From contig FLMG01000211.1 in assembly GCA_900088475.1 (NCBI GenBank), forward strand, positions 17,077-81,076: DNA of 64,000 nt. The letters run 5' to 3'. Positions within the stretch are counted from its first letter, which is position 1. Every line of letters starts with the position of its first letter. The position numbers were made by a program, and so were the translations under genes. The notes beneath the pieces were generated by a model, which was given only the letters and a program-made list of their open reading frames with translations, made no database searches and was not told the DNA's origin. Positions 21,432-35,631 of this stretch are shown here, one piece after another. Source of the DNA: Hyphochytrium catenoides (taxonomy: Eukaryota; Protista; Hyphochytriomycota).

Positions 21432-22213
21432 ATGTCGCGGGTGGCCAGTCGGCGGCTTGAGAAAGAGCGGCGGCGTATTCAGGACGATCCGATTCCGGGT
21501 GTGACAGTTCTGAGCACGAAGGACGATCTTAGTGAGTGGCTCGTGCAGCTCGAAGGCGCAGATGGTGAGCTTCGTCCTCTTTGCGTAACATTTATATTTC
21601 CCTTAGTGCTTCTAGCGATCAAGTAGGAGACAGCTGAACCTCTTCCTGCAGGCACCCTCTATGCTGGAGAGAGATACACCTTGAGGTTGCAGTTTGGCTC
21701 AGGGTATCCCTTGGAAAGTCCAGACGTCCAGTTTGTGCCACCAGCCCCAATCCATCCGCATATATACTCTAATGGCCACATCTGTTTATCTATTCTCTAT
21801 GATGAATGGAGCCCTGCGCTCACAGGTAAGAACCAAGGTAGCGACAGTACAAGTCGAATGTGCAAGAGGAAGGGAGGGGCAGGACAAGTGACTATGAGTA
21901 AAGGGAGACGAGGACTGAGTCATGCTTTTTTTGTCGTTTAAGCTCCAGCTTCTCTCCAGCTTCCGCTGAGGGACCCTGACACTTAGTCCTAGCCATGAGG
22001 GCCCTTCTGTTCGTCTCGTTTACCGTTTGTTATCTCCCTTCTCACGCCTGCGTTATCTCTCTCGTGCTAGTGAAAGCAATCTGCTTGTCCATTTTGTCCA
22101 TGCTGTCATCCTGTCCGGAGAAGAAGCTCCCGAGCAACAATGATCGATACGTACGGCACGCACCAGCGTCCGCAAAGAAGACCAACTGGGCCTTTGACGA
22201 TGACAAAGTGTAG
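21432..22213 (+). CDS. UBE2W: Ubiquitin-conjugating enzyme E2 W-type, 3 exons
   Basis: MSRVASRRLEKE...WLVQLEGADG|TLYAGERYTLRLQFGSGYPLESP...HPHIYSNGHICLSILYDEWSPALT|VKAICLSILSMLSSC...NDRYV...KTNWAFDDDKV. HPH instead of HPN and the C-terminal W.F.DD motif are typical of UBE2W. Confidence 0.93.
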
Positions 22214-22342
22214 ATTAATAGAGTTTTTTTGCGATAGGATTTTCCTATTGTCTTTCTTTAGGCACAGCGCTGTGAAGCTCGAGGACGGTGTGTGCCCACC
22301 AGAAGGAGGAGACAACGAGAATGCAAACTGTGTAAGGTGCGA

Positions 22343-25300
22343 CTACAGCCACAGCTGAAGGCCCGTCCACTGCCTTCCCAAAATGTTTGGATCCGTCGCC
22401 ATGCGCATTAAGCATTGAACTTGGGCTTCACTGGTTTCGCAAACCTGAAATGAAAGTCGGGACAGGTCAACTCGAGGTTTGATCCCAGCAAGAGCCGTCG
22501 ATATAACTGAGACAGCGATACACTCTTTACCTTCTGTCGAGCGCTTTGGTGCTGTTGCAGAATCTCCCTCGCGAGCTTCAGTTCCTGATTAGAGAGTTGC
22601 CTACATAAAGAGGAATGATGGCTTATATAACGAACTCGAGGACTGAGGATTGAGAAACGAAGCAGTCTGGCCTTACGTGTTATCGCCAAGTTCCTGCTGC
22701 ATTATGCTAACAGGGCTTCTTTTGTGCAGTTTGTCTCGCACAATCTTAACTTTCTTCCAGGCCACGGAGCCTCTGCTAGTGCCTGTGGCTTCCTTGCCCT
22801 GCTTTCCTCTCTGCTTCGTAAGGTCTTGCTCCCAAGCCATTAGAGGATCCTTGACAAAAATCTCTAAGATCTGAATAGGCAAGAGGGATCTTTAGCTCTT
22901 CTAATCACTTAAGATCTTTAGAAAAATGGTGACAGCCGCGTAGAATGAGGCTTCCGTGGAGGGATATTGCATGGACTCTGAAGATATAGGTGACACGAGA
23001 GAGGCTAACAAAGCAGTACACAATGTGGGCCATGATAAAACATACTGCTGGTCGGCTACTGCGTCTAAATCGAGGCACTAGTAATGAAGAAAGAGATCCT
23101 GGAAGTAGATAGGATCGCAGCCACGAAAGGGGGAGTGCGACAATAGAGCCGGAAAGAGCTGCCAGCGGCTAAACCTTTATAAAAGAGGGTACCTACCGAA
23201 AGAAGGTGGTCTTTCTTCTCCTGCAGAGCGGTTAGGACATTAGTCATGGTTCGCTCTATCAGCTGTTGCCCGTCTAAAGGATCCAAGACGCCTAGCATTT
23301 GCTTGGTCAAACGGAACGGTAGAAGTTCTGGTACCCGAAGGCGCAAACCGGAGCCAAAGCTACATCCAAAGTCAATAGAGGTTAGCCGCCCACTTTGACT
23401 GTCCAGTAGAAAGTTCTCAAGATGCCTGTCTCCTATGCCCAATATGTAGCCGAAGATGGCGATCATAGCCACACTACGGAAATAGACTGACCGTAGAGAG
23501 AGAAAGGTCTCAGCAGAGGGAGAAAGACGAAGGAAACGTCGCCTGAAAAGATCTACAGGCACTGCCGCTTCCAAACTACTGAAGAAGCGAACTATATCGT
23601 CCGGCCTCTTGTCCGAGAACAGTAGCGCGCTAGAGTTTAACCTGCTCCCATACTTCTCTTGCAGTTGCACAAGAGTTCGCGTAGAGTATCCTTTCTCTTT
23701 CTCTCCTGTTTCATAGAGCAAGAGCTCCTCATCCAATACTTGTTTCATCGTAGAAGTATTCTCAAGCCATTCTATAAGGCCAATACCCGACGTCATGGGG
23801 ATGACTTTATAGACCTTCATGGCCAAGGAGGTCCATCCGCCTCCCGCGCCAGAGCTTTCAATGATTTCCGCCATAACTCGGAACATTTGCAAAATCCTCT
23901 GATCCAATCTTAGGTCTTCGCCTCCCTTCACCAGGAAGCGATAGCGCTTTCCATCGCTTGCCAGGATAGCAATTCGTCTTGGTGCTTGTTTGGACTTTAG
24001 AACGGTGACTCGCCTGTCAAAGTGTACGATGCTCGGAATGGTACTTCGTTCGCCGCTTTTTGGCGCATTCCTTTCCATCTTGCCGTAGTGTCCTGGGATC
24101 TCAACATGCATCTCCGTAGGGTCAAATAGAGACAACCACTCGGAGAGTTGGGACATGTCCTCTTCTCCGCGGTGCAGCGTCCGGCTCATTGCGTCACGGG
24201 CCTTTTCTGCAACTTGAAGAGCTTTTCGAACTGTCTCTTTGGTGATGTGCGCCCCATCCTTTCCAAAAAGTTGAACAATCTTTGATGAGTATTGACGCGT
24301 GAACTGCACTTCGTACGGCCCAGGAGCTACATGGGTCAAAGCAGAAGTGGCTGATGAGGGAGAAACGTCTTTTGCTCGTCTTCGCTCTGGCAAGCCCCCA
24401 AAGCAGTCCTCCAACAACGTATGATAGACCGCCAATGCTCTCGCAGAGTTCTTGTCGGATAGAGCGCGGTCCATCTCCCTTAAGTTGTCCCATAAACGGA
24501 GCTCAGGGCTGTACAGCTGTCGAAGAGACGCGACAAACAAGTCCAGTGCCGAGTTACGGATAAGAAATCGCAACCTAGCTAATGCCCCGATATTTTGCGG
24601 AGGAATTGAATCAGAGACCATCCTAAAGTCATAATAAATTGCCTGAGGGAATTGGTCTGCAATGACTTCCAAGGCGGCCACGGCGGCCGAGAGTTCGGCA
24701 GTACCTCCTGATGAGGAGTCGGATGGGGATTCAGTGCTATTAAGCATCGCACAGAGTTGAGGTACCCAGTTAACCATTGCAGCAGGTGGAACGTCCTGTA
24801 CTCTATCTGCGAAGACAGAGGAGGTGTCGGAAGTGCTGAGAAGTGGTAGGAGCCTCAAGGCGCGAGGGAAGGAAAGGGTTGCCTCATTATGGCCCTCAGC
24901 CATTGCTTTAAGAATGCTCTCAATCGCCGTCCTCGCTACAGCCTCCACCGTCTCATTATTTAAACAGCGCGAGGTTGTGGAAGTCCCTGTCATAGTGTCG
25001 TTCATAAAGACATCCGTATCATCGTCGGCCTTCTCAGCTCTCTCTTTCTCTTCTAATAGGCGGGAGCAGAAGAGGGCATACTGAAGGTAGAGAGGTCCTA
25101 GGTGGTGCCCACCTTCATTCTTTTTCCCGATTGTCTGCTCTGCAAAAGATATAGCTTGTTTAAAGAGGGAAAATGACTTTCCAGCGTGTTTCTCTAATTG
25201 GGCTGCTTTATCCTTCTTTCTGCCGTGATGCGGAGAGGCTGAGGCCTCATGTAATAAAAGCAGAAGGGTTCTCTCGTGGACTTCGGCTTCTAACCTCAGA

Positions 25301-28300
25301 ATCTCCGCTACGCCTCTTGGATCCTCTCCATTCTTCAATGATTGAAAGTCTCCGCTTTCTGCGACCTTCAAGGCAGCCTCTAGATGCTTCTTGAGCTTCG
25401 CATCCCCATGGTCGGGCTTGGAGAGCCGAAGGATCGACTCTCTCTCACAACACTGAAAGCGATAATCGAGAATAACCCGATAGCGGAATATGTCTTGCTC
25501 GCGCTTTTTATTGCCTTCCTGTTCAGAAAGGGCTTTCGCAGCATCACGATACTCCTTCATATACTGGAGGCTGACGTCTAGCTCGTTCAACGTTATGGCC
25601 GCCCTTGCGCTACGTAGATATAGCATAGGATGGGTCACTTGTGCATAGTCAAGAAGGGAGGACTGAGAGATGTCAAGCTTAAGCTCCTCGCCTCTAGCGA
25701 GGAGCGCTCGAAGTCCTGACTCTCTGACAAAGACAAAATCTGACCAAGCGTCAACTCTCTGTGCATCAACGCAGTCCTTATTTTCCTTCCATATGTCCAT
25801 GACATACTTTGTCCGCCTGGTAAACTGGTCTGGCGACTCAGAAGCAAGCGAGACACAGGTAGAATCTACTTCAGAGACGCAGTGTAGCAGATGCAGCTTC
25901 CTTAGCTTCATTTCGCGAGAGAGAGGGGAGAGGGAAGACCAATCACGCAAGAAAGAGCGATAGAACTTGCTCACCGAATCTCGACACCGATGGAAGTCAC
26001 CGAGCTTCAAAAAGCAGAAAGCTAAGGCGTGAGGCAGTTTTTCCTCTAGCACCGTCATTACCTTTCGTTCACCCATTGCTGCTCTCAAAAACTCTTCCGT
26101 TTTCTCCGTGTAGTTGTATCCTCGAGTTGTGCACTTTATAGATGACAACAGAAAGAGGCTCATCATCTTCTCTGACACAAGCGAACATGGAGGAGAATGA
26201 AATTGGAAGAGATAGTCAGACGAGATGGAGGCTACCTCGTGCCACCGCATCTCTCTACTTAGGTACTCTGCCCTCCGCAGGAGGAGGACTTCCTTCTCTT
26301 CAAGGTGAGACGCTGTCTCTCTTTCCACCCACTCCTGTAAGGTATCTATGATCGATCGCGAGTCCGTAATCTTTCTTTGTCTTCCATAGAGAAGGCTATA
26401 GACTTCTCCTATCTGTCCCAGGGGCTGAGATGAAAGAGTGTCAACGATCTCCTCTTCTTCGCCGATGGAATGATACAGGGCTAGAAGCTGCGCCCAATAA
26501 GTCGTAGCATCATCTTTGTCGCATCGGTGGGCAGCCTCTCTAACCTCCGTCTGCTGTGAGGCTTTGTGTTTACCGGCCTCTCTTTCGCTCCGACTCCTTT
26601 CCTTCTGCCACCGCACCAATTGTTCGAGAAAATGAATACCAGCTAAGTGGTTGAGCGATGAACCGGCAGAAAGGCCAATTAGGGACGGCTGGATACTGGT
26701 CAATAACGAGTTTTCCACCCCCATGTCCTGGCAGCCAACGGCAGCCAGCGAGCAACAGGAGAAAACGACGGAAGAGGCAAAAGCAGATGAGGTTGGATCT
26801 TGTAAGACCTTAGTGAAGAGCTGCATCTGATCCTGGTCAAACCAGAAAGTGGTAGCATTTGAAGAGGGGGAATTTACCAGACTTCTCCTTAGAAGACTAT
26901 CAAACAACTGCAGGAAGGTTATCCTAGCGATCTGCAAGTCCGCGCCACACACCCTATGCAGGACACGGAGGACGTCCACTGCCTTGATCCGAACGTCCGG
27001 GAAAGACCCTGACTTATAAGTTCTGAGGAGAGAGACGCTTCGAGCATGTACAAACCTCTCTCTCTTTCTTTCGGCGGAACTCTGCTTCTTCAGCTTTTGA
27101 TAGCGGTCCTTGAAGAATTGTGCTTGCTGCCCTCTAGAAGAGGATGAATCGGAGAATAGAGGGGCAAATCTTCTTGATCTGATGGCATGGACTGTTTCCT
27201 GACTTGAGAAGGAAAGATCCCCTTTACCCTCTGAGAAAGACGAAGACTGGGTAAACAGCTGATGCCTTCCAAATCCCGCTTCATAGCCCACCGCTTGGCT
27301 CCCGTCACCAGTCTGTGACGCTAAACCCACACCTACGACTTGAGAAACATATGATGAGAAGAAAGGAACCTGAGAAATTTCGCCTGAATGTCCACCGGCT
27401 TTTCTAAGAGAGTTGGCAACTCTCCTTTGCGAGAATAGAGGAGCGGCGAAGTAAGTGGATGGCTCTCCTTCAAAGGTGAGGTCAGAAACATCGCTTGTCT
27501 GGTCCTTTAAGGTGCTGAAGAGTACCTCTTCATTCTCCTTGCTGCTGGCACAAAAAGAGAGTATCATCTGGGAAGAAAGGGAAACGAGAGACTCGACGTC
27601 ATCTACCAGTTGAGCAATAGCTAACAGACGCTGTGAAGGAGAGGAAGGCAAGCCTGCTTTCTCGTCCCAAAACTCCTGGGCTAGCGTCCTCACTTCATCA
27701 CCCTCGTCAACCAGCCGCTGCAATAGCAGCTTCCCCAAAAACTTTCCTACTTCACTTCTTGCCAGAGAAGTGGCGGCTAGTGCGCCGTGATTGGTTCCTC
27801 TTTCCTTAGCTTCATAAGGCTTCAAGGACTGCATAGCTGCCACGAAGAGGCGACAGCTCTGCAGTCGTAGGGCTTCCTCTTGATGGACAGATAGTGTCAA
27901 AAAAGTGGATTGATAGTCGGATGAGAATAGTCGTTCAAGTTGAACATCCTGGAGCTCTGAGGCGAGCTCTGTCAGTAGACGCAGAAAAGATAGCACTGAC
28001 TGGTCATCTGGTTGAGAGAGGAGACGCAGGATAGAAGGCTGCAAAGTGATGAAAAGTTCTTGAGATCCCATTCCTGCTTTGGACCCATGCAAGAGAACGC
28101 GAAGAGCACTAGGAAGAAGCTTGGGATCGCCAACCAGAGATGGGACTTGGTTGAGAACCGGAAGTATCATCTCCTTCTCCAAAGCCTGAGGACAAGATAC
28201 AGAAATCTTGTCAAGGATCATCACTAGCAGCTTCTCCCTTCTCAAAGAGATAATTCTTCTCAAGAGTTCCTTCACATGGGAGATGACTCGCTGTTCCCCC

Positions 28301-31300
28301 GCTTTCTCGGCCTCGGCTGCGAGGCTGCCCAATACCTCAGCCGCTTTCGCTGATATCCCATAGTTTGTAGAAGAAACAAGATCATTTAGGAGTCTCCAAC
28401 CTTCATGGAGATCGTCGGGGACGCCTACTATGTTAAGGACTTTTCGGTCGCTTCTTTGAACAAGTAAGAGACTCTCTAAAAAAGCTGGCGTATCGGGGGG
28501 AATCACTTCGTCTCCTCCATGTTCGATTGAGCGGCGAAGCTCTCTCTTGATCCTCCCCGCATCTAGGCTCTCCGTCTTCGGGAAAACTCGTAACACGGCA
28601 TTGAATAAGCGAAGATTGTCCACAAAGATCAGGGAAGAAGAGTTTGGAAGAACTTGCGCAATGTGATCGAGGAAGCGTGTCCCTTCTCCGACGTCAAAGG
28701 CGACTTCAGCCCCTGCTTCTCCTCTTCCCCCTACATTGCTTTCCTCTATTTCGCTTCTAATCCTCCTCGCCATGATAATCACCAGTTCACACAGATCACG
28801 AAGTAGATAGTGGAAGCCTCTATCTGTCCCGTAGGGCTCTTCCACCCTAAGGAAAGCTTCCGTCAGGAGCGGTAGCCATGACTTAGAGAAGAGAAGGAAT
28901 GGCTTTGGTTTGTTGAGAATCAAGCGCAAAAGGAAGGTCTGGACGTGAGGGGGCGAGGAAGAAAGTGAGGAGAAGGAGTTTCGGTAAGAGAGTCTCTGTG
29001 CGAGGGCCCTCATCCAGACTGGCATCCCCATCGTGGCCCATTCCGGAGTAAAATGTCTCTCCATGTGGTCAAGGAGGCGCACAACTACCTGCATGAATGG
29101 GACACAGTTGATATCATCCATCTCCAGGACAATACTATCACCTGCTACCCCACTAACATATTCTATCTTGCCGTGTTTTCCTCCTTCTGCATCATCTTCA
29201 TCTGCAACATAGGGCAAAGCTGACAGAAAGGCGAGTTCCCCTGCGCCTCTGTTAGAACGGCTGAGGGATCTGGTAGCGGAGGTAGACTTGACAGAGGATG
29301 AGACAAGAGGAGGCAGCTTTGCCACCTCGAAGGGCTTCGTATTGGCAGATAGCCTCTTATCCCACTCTTCCTCTAAGAGAACATTCTCCCAAAACGTTCC
29401 TCCTTCCTTCTCTTCAAAGATCAAGTCATACCACTTCGCTTTGGTTTGCGTGGCAGCCACAGCCGTCGAAAGAGCAGCAAATGCGGCCTGAGCATAACTG
29501 ACAGCGGCCTCCCTTAGATCCGAAGAGGCAGAAGATAGGGCCGATATAGTGATGGCACCTCTTGCGAGCTTGAACACTGCGGCCGTGAGCTCCGTACCCT
29601 TGCACTCCCGCTGTCCCCCCAGGTATGCTTGCGTAAGGCTACTTTTGATTGTATGTGGCTCTAGCACTCGGTAGGCTATAGACACAATGGTAAAAGCCAC
29701 TTCTCCTTCAAACAACTTGCTTTCCCGATCTGAAGAATCAGCAGGAGGGAGGGGGGCAGCTATCGTACTCATGAGAGAAGAGATAAGGGGTCGAGAGGAA
29801 GAGAACGTCGACGCTGAGATTGGGATGGAGGAGCAGAGGAACTTCTCCACGGTCTGCAGCCTGGAGCCCTCTAGTAGAGGCACTAACAGACTGCCGAGCA
29901 CCCGTCGCCTAAAAACTACGCTTCTGTGAGAGGCTAAGCACTGCTCTAGACACCAGACGACTGCGTCTTGAAGAGTGTTAATACTTGCAAGGCTTGTTCC
30001 CTCTTCCACGTCTAAGCGGAGAAGGGCAGCGACGAGCTTACGTAATCCCGCCTGGACTTGTCTCTCGAACCGATGAGGCTTTTCACTCAGGTTGTGAGCT
30101 AAACTCTCTAGAATAGCTACATTGCCAGCGAGAGCTGCTGCACTAAGGATATTTAGGAACAGAAGCTTGAACCTCTGCGAATCTTCTATAGAGAGAGAGT
30201 CGGTGGAACGAAGAGGAAATGACTCAAGAACGAGAGAGCGGATGGACTGGTGAATACTCGCTGGCTGCGCCACAGTTCCTGGAGAGAGGATGGAGCCGCA
30301 GGCTCTTAATATTCTTCCCTTAAGCAGGTAAGAAGAGGATTCAGAGGAGAGTAGGGAAGAAAAGAGTTCAGAGACAACGGGTAGAACATTGCTTGTCATA
30401 TGCTCTGTCACGCCCGCTCGCAGAAGCGATTCCACCATCACGATCGTCGATATTCTAAACTCCCTTATTGTCTTGAAGGGCTTTCCGCCCACGATGCCTT
30501 CTAGAAGTGTTGCGAAGTCCTTTAAAAAGGGCAGTGCATCCGTTCTGACAGCATCTTTCCCCTTTCGTCCACCGCCTTCTCTTTCGTTCACATATTTCCA
30601 ATGTCTTCCTGCTGCAAGAACGCACTGCCGCAGAAGGGAGGAGAACCTACTTAGCTCTCTGGAAGATGCGTACTCCATCGCTGCCAGAATCCGGACACAA
30701 AGCTTTCTCCAGATTCCATTAGTAGCAAGTACCAGGCCAAACTCCATCGGGCAGTAAAGAAAGGCAGGAGGGAGAGGAGAGGAGGTAAGAAGACGGTCTA
30801 CTATGCCATCATGTTTTAAGGTTGGGAGAAGAGCCACCATGCTGGAGAGCACGAAGGCGATGACAAGCTTATCCTCAGGACTACCGCATGGGAGATTCTC
30901 CAAGAAAACTAGGTCCAGCAGATCGTTCACTAGTGACTCGCACATATCTTCAAGTCTTTCCTCCTTGATGGCTCTCGCTAATAGCCCCACCCGCTCGAGG
31001 TGGACAAAACCGTTAAGCAAGCAGAGAAGCGATGGCGAAAGAAGTGATATGATCTTTTGGTCGTTTCCTTTGAGCTGGCTCGTCTTCTCGGTGAACATCT
31101 CTGATACAGACATATGATGGCGTATGGCATTGCCCGCAGAGACCGTTAGCTCCTGCTTCAAGCTCTGTAGCACAAATTCATCTTCATTTAGGAACGTGTG
31201 GACCAGAAGATAGGAAGTGGCCGCCTGGTCCTTATCTCTGGCGCTCTCCGGTAAAAGAGAGGGGTCAGAAAACCAAGAAGCGACGATTGAGCGGAGTAGA

Positions 31301-34300
31301 GAAGAGCCTATAACGCCCTCTTTGGACAGATAGTCCCAGAGAACGCTTTCCTTTGTAGCTATTAGGACACAGACAAATTGATTTACTTTCTCCATCGTCC
31401 TTCGAAGGAGATTTCGCATCTTCTTCCTAGGTCTTGTCTCATTTCTTTCGTCCGTGCTTACCTCCCAGCTTGAGGGCTTCTGCTCGATCCTCGATTTTCC
31501 AACTTTCAATTCTTCATCTTGACCTTCAGAAAAACCGCTATTTGCTGGTAAAGCAAAGCTCTCCAAAAAGAGTTCAAAGAAGCGTTTTAGTGACTTGACG
31601 AGGTTCGGCTCGTCTTTGAGATTCCCACCAATAATTGTGCCACTCTCCCTGTCCCGTTTTGCCTGGGATCTGTGTCGAAAGAGGTCTGCCAGATCAAAGC
31701 GAAGCTTGGTTGTGGCTGTTGAAGAGCGAGGGAACTGACTGAACAGCCAGCGGTATGATTCCAAAGAAGAGATAAGCTGTTGAAGGCCTTCTTCTGTTGC
31801 TTTTCCATCTAAATTACCGGCAGCTTTGCATCGCAGAACCGCGTGCCGCTCACCACCATCTAAAATACGGGCTAGCCCTTCTGTTCCATTGTCCTGTACA
31901 AAGTCATCAATCCATCCCAAGGCATCGCCAGAAGAGGTCGAAAAGGGAAGAAAAGAGAAAAGATGAAAGCACTTTTTCCTAAAAAGTCCCTCAGGCTTAC
32001 TGATCTGAGCGAAAAGCCAGCTGCGCATTTCCCTCAAATTTTTGATCTCTCCTTTTCTCTCCTCGTCATCGTCGGATAGGACATCCTTTAGGTCCACTAT
32101 CACTCTCTCTAAGAGAGCAACTGAATCCATGGCAGGTTGAAGGGAGGTCTGCACGTCCTCCTGTCGATCGGACAGCTTGATTGACAGCAGGAAGCTCTGA
32201 AGCAATAAAAGGCCGCTCCTAGACACTAGGGTAATGTCCTCTTTAAAGTAGGGAAAGATGGTGTTGAAGGTTAGAGCAGCTCCAACTCTCATGGAAGGCG
32301 ACGGATGAAGGGTAAGAGACACCAGTCGGTCCAGGAGAATGTTCACGATCTCCGGTTTTGACTGAGACAAGCCGCCCTTTCCCTTTCCTCCTCGTTTTCT
32401 GCCTGCTGCTGAGGAAAAACTGAAAAACTCTGCAAAGCACCTTGCGCTCATCTCTCTAACGCTTCCGTTTTTCGAGATTCCTTCACCTAAGGCATCAAGT
32501 AGACAGGCTTGGTCCCTTTCTCTACCCTCCTCTTCAATCAACCAGTGGACGATCTGGAGGAGGAGAGAGGAAAAGAGCTTTCTTACGACGCTATCGTTGT
32601 CCACCGCAAGGACTAGCAGGACCGGAAATATCTTTGGCCAGTAGAGCGTGAAGTCTGCCGCAACCCTACCTCCTAGCCTTGTGGTTGTTGATGACACAGT
32701 CTTCCCAATGACCACGCTGATGATAGTATGGAGGAGCTCTGCAGATGCAATTCTTCGTGGACGGCTCTGCTCGTCGTTGACCAAAGAGTGTAGCCGAGGC
32801 AGCAAGAGGCCCAAACACAGCTCTGTCTGCTCTCCGGAGACCTTAAAAGATAATGAAATAGGCTCTATTGGATCCCATACTACAGATGCCTCCAGTGCCT
32901 TCTCCATTGAACCAAGTAGCAGCCGACCATCAGCTCCTAAGCGTCCAACAAACCTCAGCATCTCAACCTGGAGTGTACTGCGAGACACAGAAGACGATGA
33001 AGTAGAGAGGGCCCCATCTATGAATTGCATACGGCCCCCACTCATGGAGTGGGATGCAGAGAAGGAGGCAACGTTGTCTGCGGCCACCTTCCCAGCTGCT
33101 GTGTTGATATCGAGGTACTTGCTCAACTGGCCGACTAAAGACGCGATAAAGGGAGAAAGATCTATGCTGGGCTCTCCATAGCATCGTTGCAGACAGCTAA
33201 GCGCCGCTGAGGCTGTCGGTGTATGGGCTAATCCTACCTCCAGCCCGCGCGTAAGTGAAGGCACTAACGTTTCCTCCGTGTGAATGGGCGTCGGAAGGTG
33301 GAGGAGAAGATCAAGGGAAGAGATCAGCAGCTCTTCTCCATACTGTTCGGTCTTCTGAACAGTATCTCTTGCAAAGGATTGAAGAGATAAAGCGAGGACT
33401 TGCTCCGGACTTTCACCCAAAGGGATGTAGATCTCTGACAGAAGAGACCTTGGCGCTACCAATTGGCCACCCTTTCCAACAGTTTCGTCGCCCATGTCCA
33501 TTGCTTCAGTGGGCCCCCCAATTTCCGAAGTGGTGGAAGAACAAAAGTAGCTCTGGCTTTCTGCCGCCTGCATGGTCCTTGCTAAAAGCTTGTAATAGCC
33601 AGACACCAACGGCCATTTCCTTGCTCTCTCCATCATAGAGAGGCAAAAGACAGGGATCCACTTTTTCAGCCGAGAGAATGCAGTCGTGGACCGGAATAAC
33701 CTCAGGAAGAAAGTGCAGAAGTTCTGAAACAGCTCGTGATCAACAGGAAACTGGGGCTCGAGGTTGGTAAGGTAGCTGCCTGCAGTGCTGGCCTCTTCCT
33801 TCGAAAAGTAGTCTAAGTCAAGCTGCTCCAGAAAGAGTAGAGAGCGCGAAAGGAGTGAGTCCATCAGAGTGCTCTGGATTTTCGAGATTTCCTCTATATC
33901 ACAGCCAGCAGACGCTGCTGTTCTCCGTATGAAGCTCTCCGAGAGTAAAAGTGATACCCAGAGTTTCTCATACTCAAACAACAACCTGTCGTCAGGCATT
34001 CCTGTGTCTGGGTCGAAGATTGAGACAAGTTCCATCGCAGATGTACTGGCGGTTTCTAGCGTCATCGCCAGTGCTTGATCCACAATTCCATCCATCGTAC
34101 TCTGGAAAAGCTCCGGTTGCTTAGACGCTGCTGCCAGCCAGAGTAGAAGAGCTCTCGCTACAGAGTATTGATCGCTCTCCCCTATAAGCCAATAGTATTT
34201 GAGCATCTTTTCGGACATTTGAGAGAAGGCTCTCTCATCGCTCACGAAGAGGTCCAACGTGTCAAGCTGCATTACAATTCGAGAGAAGCTTTGGATTGTT

Positions 34301-35631
34301 ATGGCCAACTTTCGAATGTCCCTGTTTGACCTTTGAAGCTCTGGCGCCTCCCGTATGCCTTCTTTAGGGTCTAAGACAGCAACATCAACGGCTGCGAGAA
34401 GGTCACATCTATTGAATAGAGTGCGCGCAATATGCAGGATGTCATCAGTCTTCATGAACCTTTTCATGGTGCGGGATAGAGCTCCAAGTGTCTTAACTGC
34501 TAGATCTTCTTCCCCTGCTGAGACCGAAGGATCTTGAAAGACCTCCAGAGACTTTCTGACCAAGTGGTTGAAAGTACGAAGAGACTGTGCATCCTCACTT
34601 CTCTCGTCCAAGAGGATGGAGATTTGGTCTAACATCGCCTCGTAGGCCATGAATGCATTCTTCCGAAGAACTCTGGCATCACTCAAGCAACAGGAGCGAA
34701 CAAGTTCGGCTATGTCAAGGGGATCCTCTGCGATTCCATTCCTGAAGACCTGGCTGTGAGATGCGAGCAGACCCAAAGCTGCCTTGGCCACAGCATAACG
34801 AGATAGATTTCTCTCTGCTGCGGTTCTGATGGTGGTTCGCAAGAAGTCAAAGAGCTCACTGTCAAAATGTCGATGCTGGGATAGCTGACCGACGAACAAT
34901 GGATGAGAGAGTGCTCTTGTCAAACACTTAAAGCACCCAGTTATCACAAAAAGTTCAGGCTTCCGCGCTTGCTTGAACTGTTTGTGCAGAGTCGTGTGCA
35001 TCTGCTGGATTATCGATCGGGCTGAGTCCTCGTCAAAGTCTTCTGGAAACACAGTGATCTGGAGTCCTAATATCTTGAAAAGTGTTCCTCGCGTAGTTTG
35101 AGAGATTTTGGAGTTAAAGCGCGCCTCGCTCTCGAAAAATTTGCCATGTTCTCTCACTTGTTGCCAGGTGGACGCGAAGCTTGAGAGTCTCTTCTGCGTC
35201 TCCTTTAGCTGATTGATCTTCTTCAGCCCTCGGAGATAGCACTTCAGGGCCACGGCTTTGACAGTATTATAGGTATCTCTTTGGTAGACTCTAACGCAGG
35301 TTTGGCAGATCTCTGACAGATACGAAGAAAGGGTTGTTTTGGAGCAAGGCTTAATGAAGTCTGCGATGAACTCCAAGAGCTTGGCTCGAGCATCTCTTAG
35401 TACGCTGTCTTCTATAATCTCGGCGTCTAATGTTCTCTTCAGGAAGTGCAAAAGGTCCGGCGGATTTGTTGAGTCAAAAAGGATCGGACAGCTCTTATGC
35501 TCTTTCAATCCACCCGTGGAGGCCTTTAAACCCTGGGTGACGGTGCCAACATCTGCCTTGCCCTCCTTCTCGAGCAGCTGGTTGAGGTCGAACACATGCC
35601 GACGAAGAATATCGGCATCCATTGGGCACAC
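22343..35631 (-). CDS. PRKDC: DNA-dependent protein kinase catalytic subunit (PIKK family). One exon of about 12.4 kb plus 3 short 3' exons. Start uncertain (possible upstream ATG at 35819).
   Basis: About 4200 aa of HEAT-like sequence. HPSPSMRVGAALTFN, LLRTYKSGSFPDVRI (YRxGxxPD-like), kinase motifs FLVKGGEDLRLDQR, GIGDRHLENFL and IDFG. The spliced final exon gives a FATC, QVQCLMRMATDPNILGRQWTGLQLWL*, with the stop at 22343. The last ~44 aa of the ORF track are intron read-through (donor at 23196). Confidence 0.96.

Noticed and set aside
23065-23196. ORF-track C-terminus of the 4188-aa protein (VGTLFYKG...SASI)
   Set aside because: Intron read-through. Splicing at 23196/22871 continues the kinase C-lobe and leads to a proper FATC ending at 22343.
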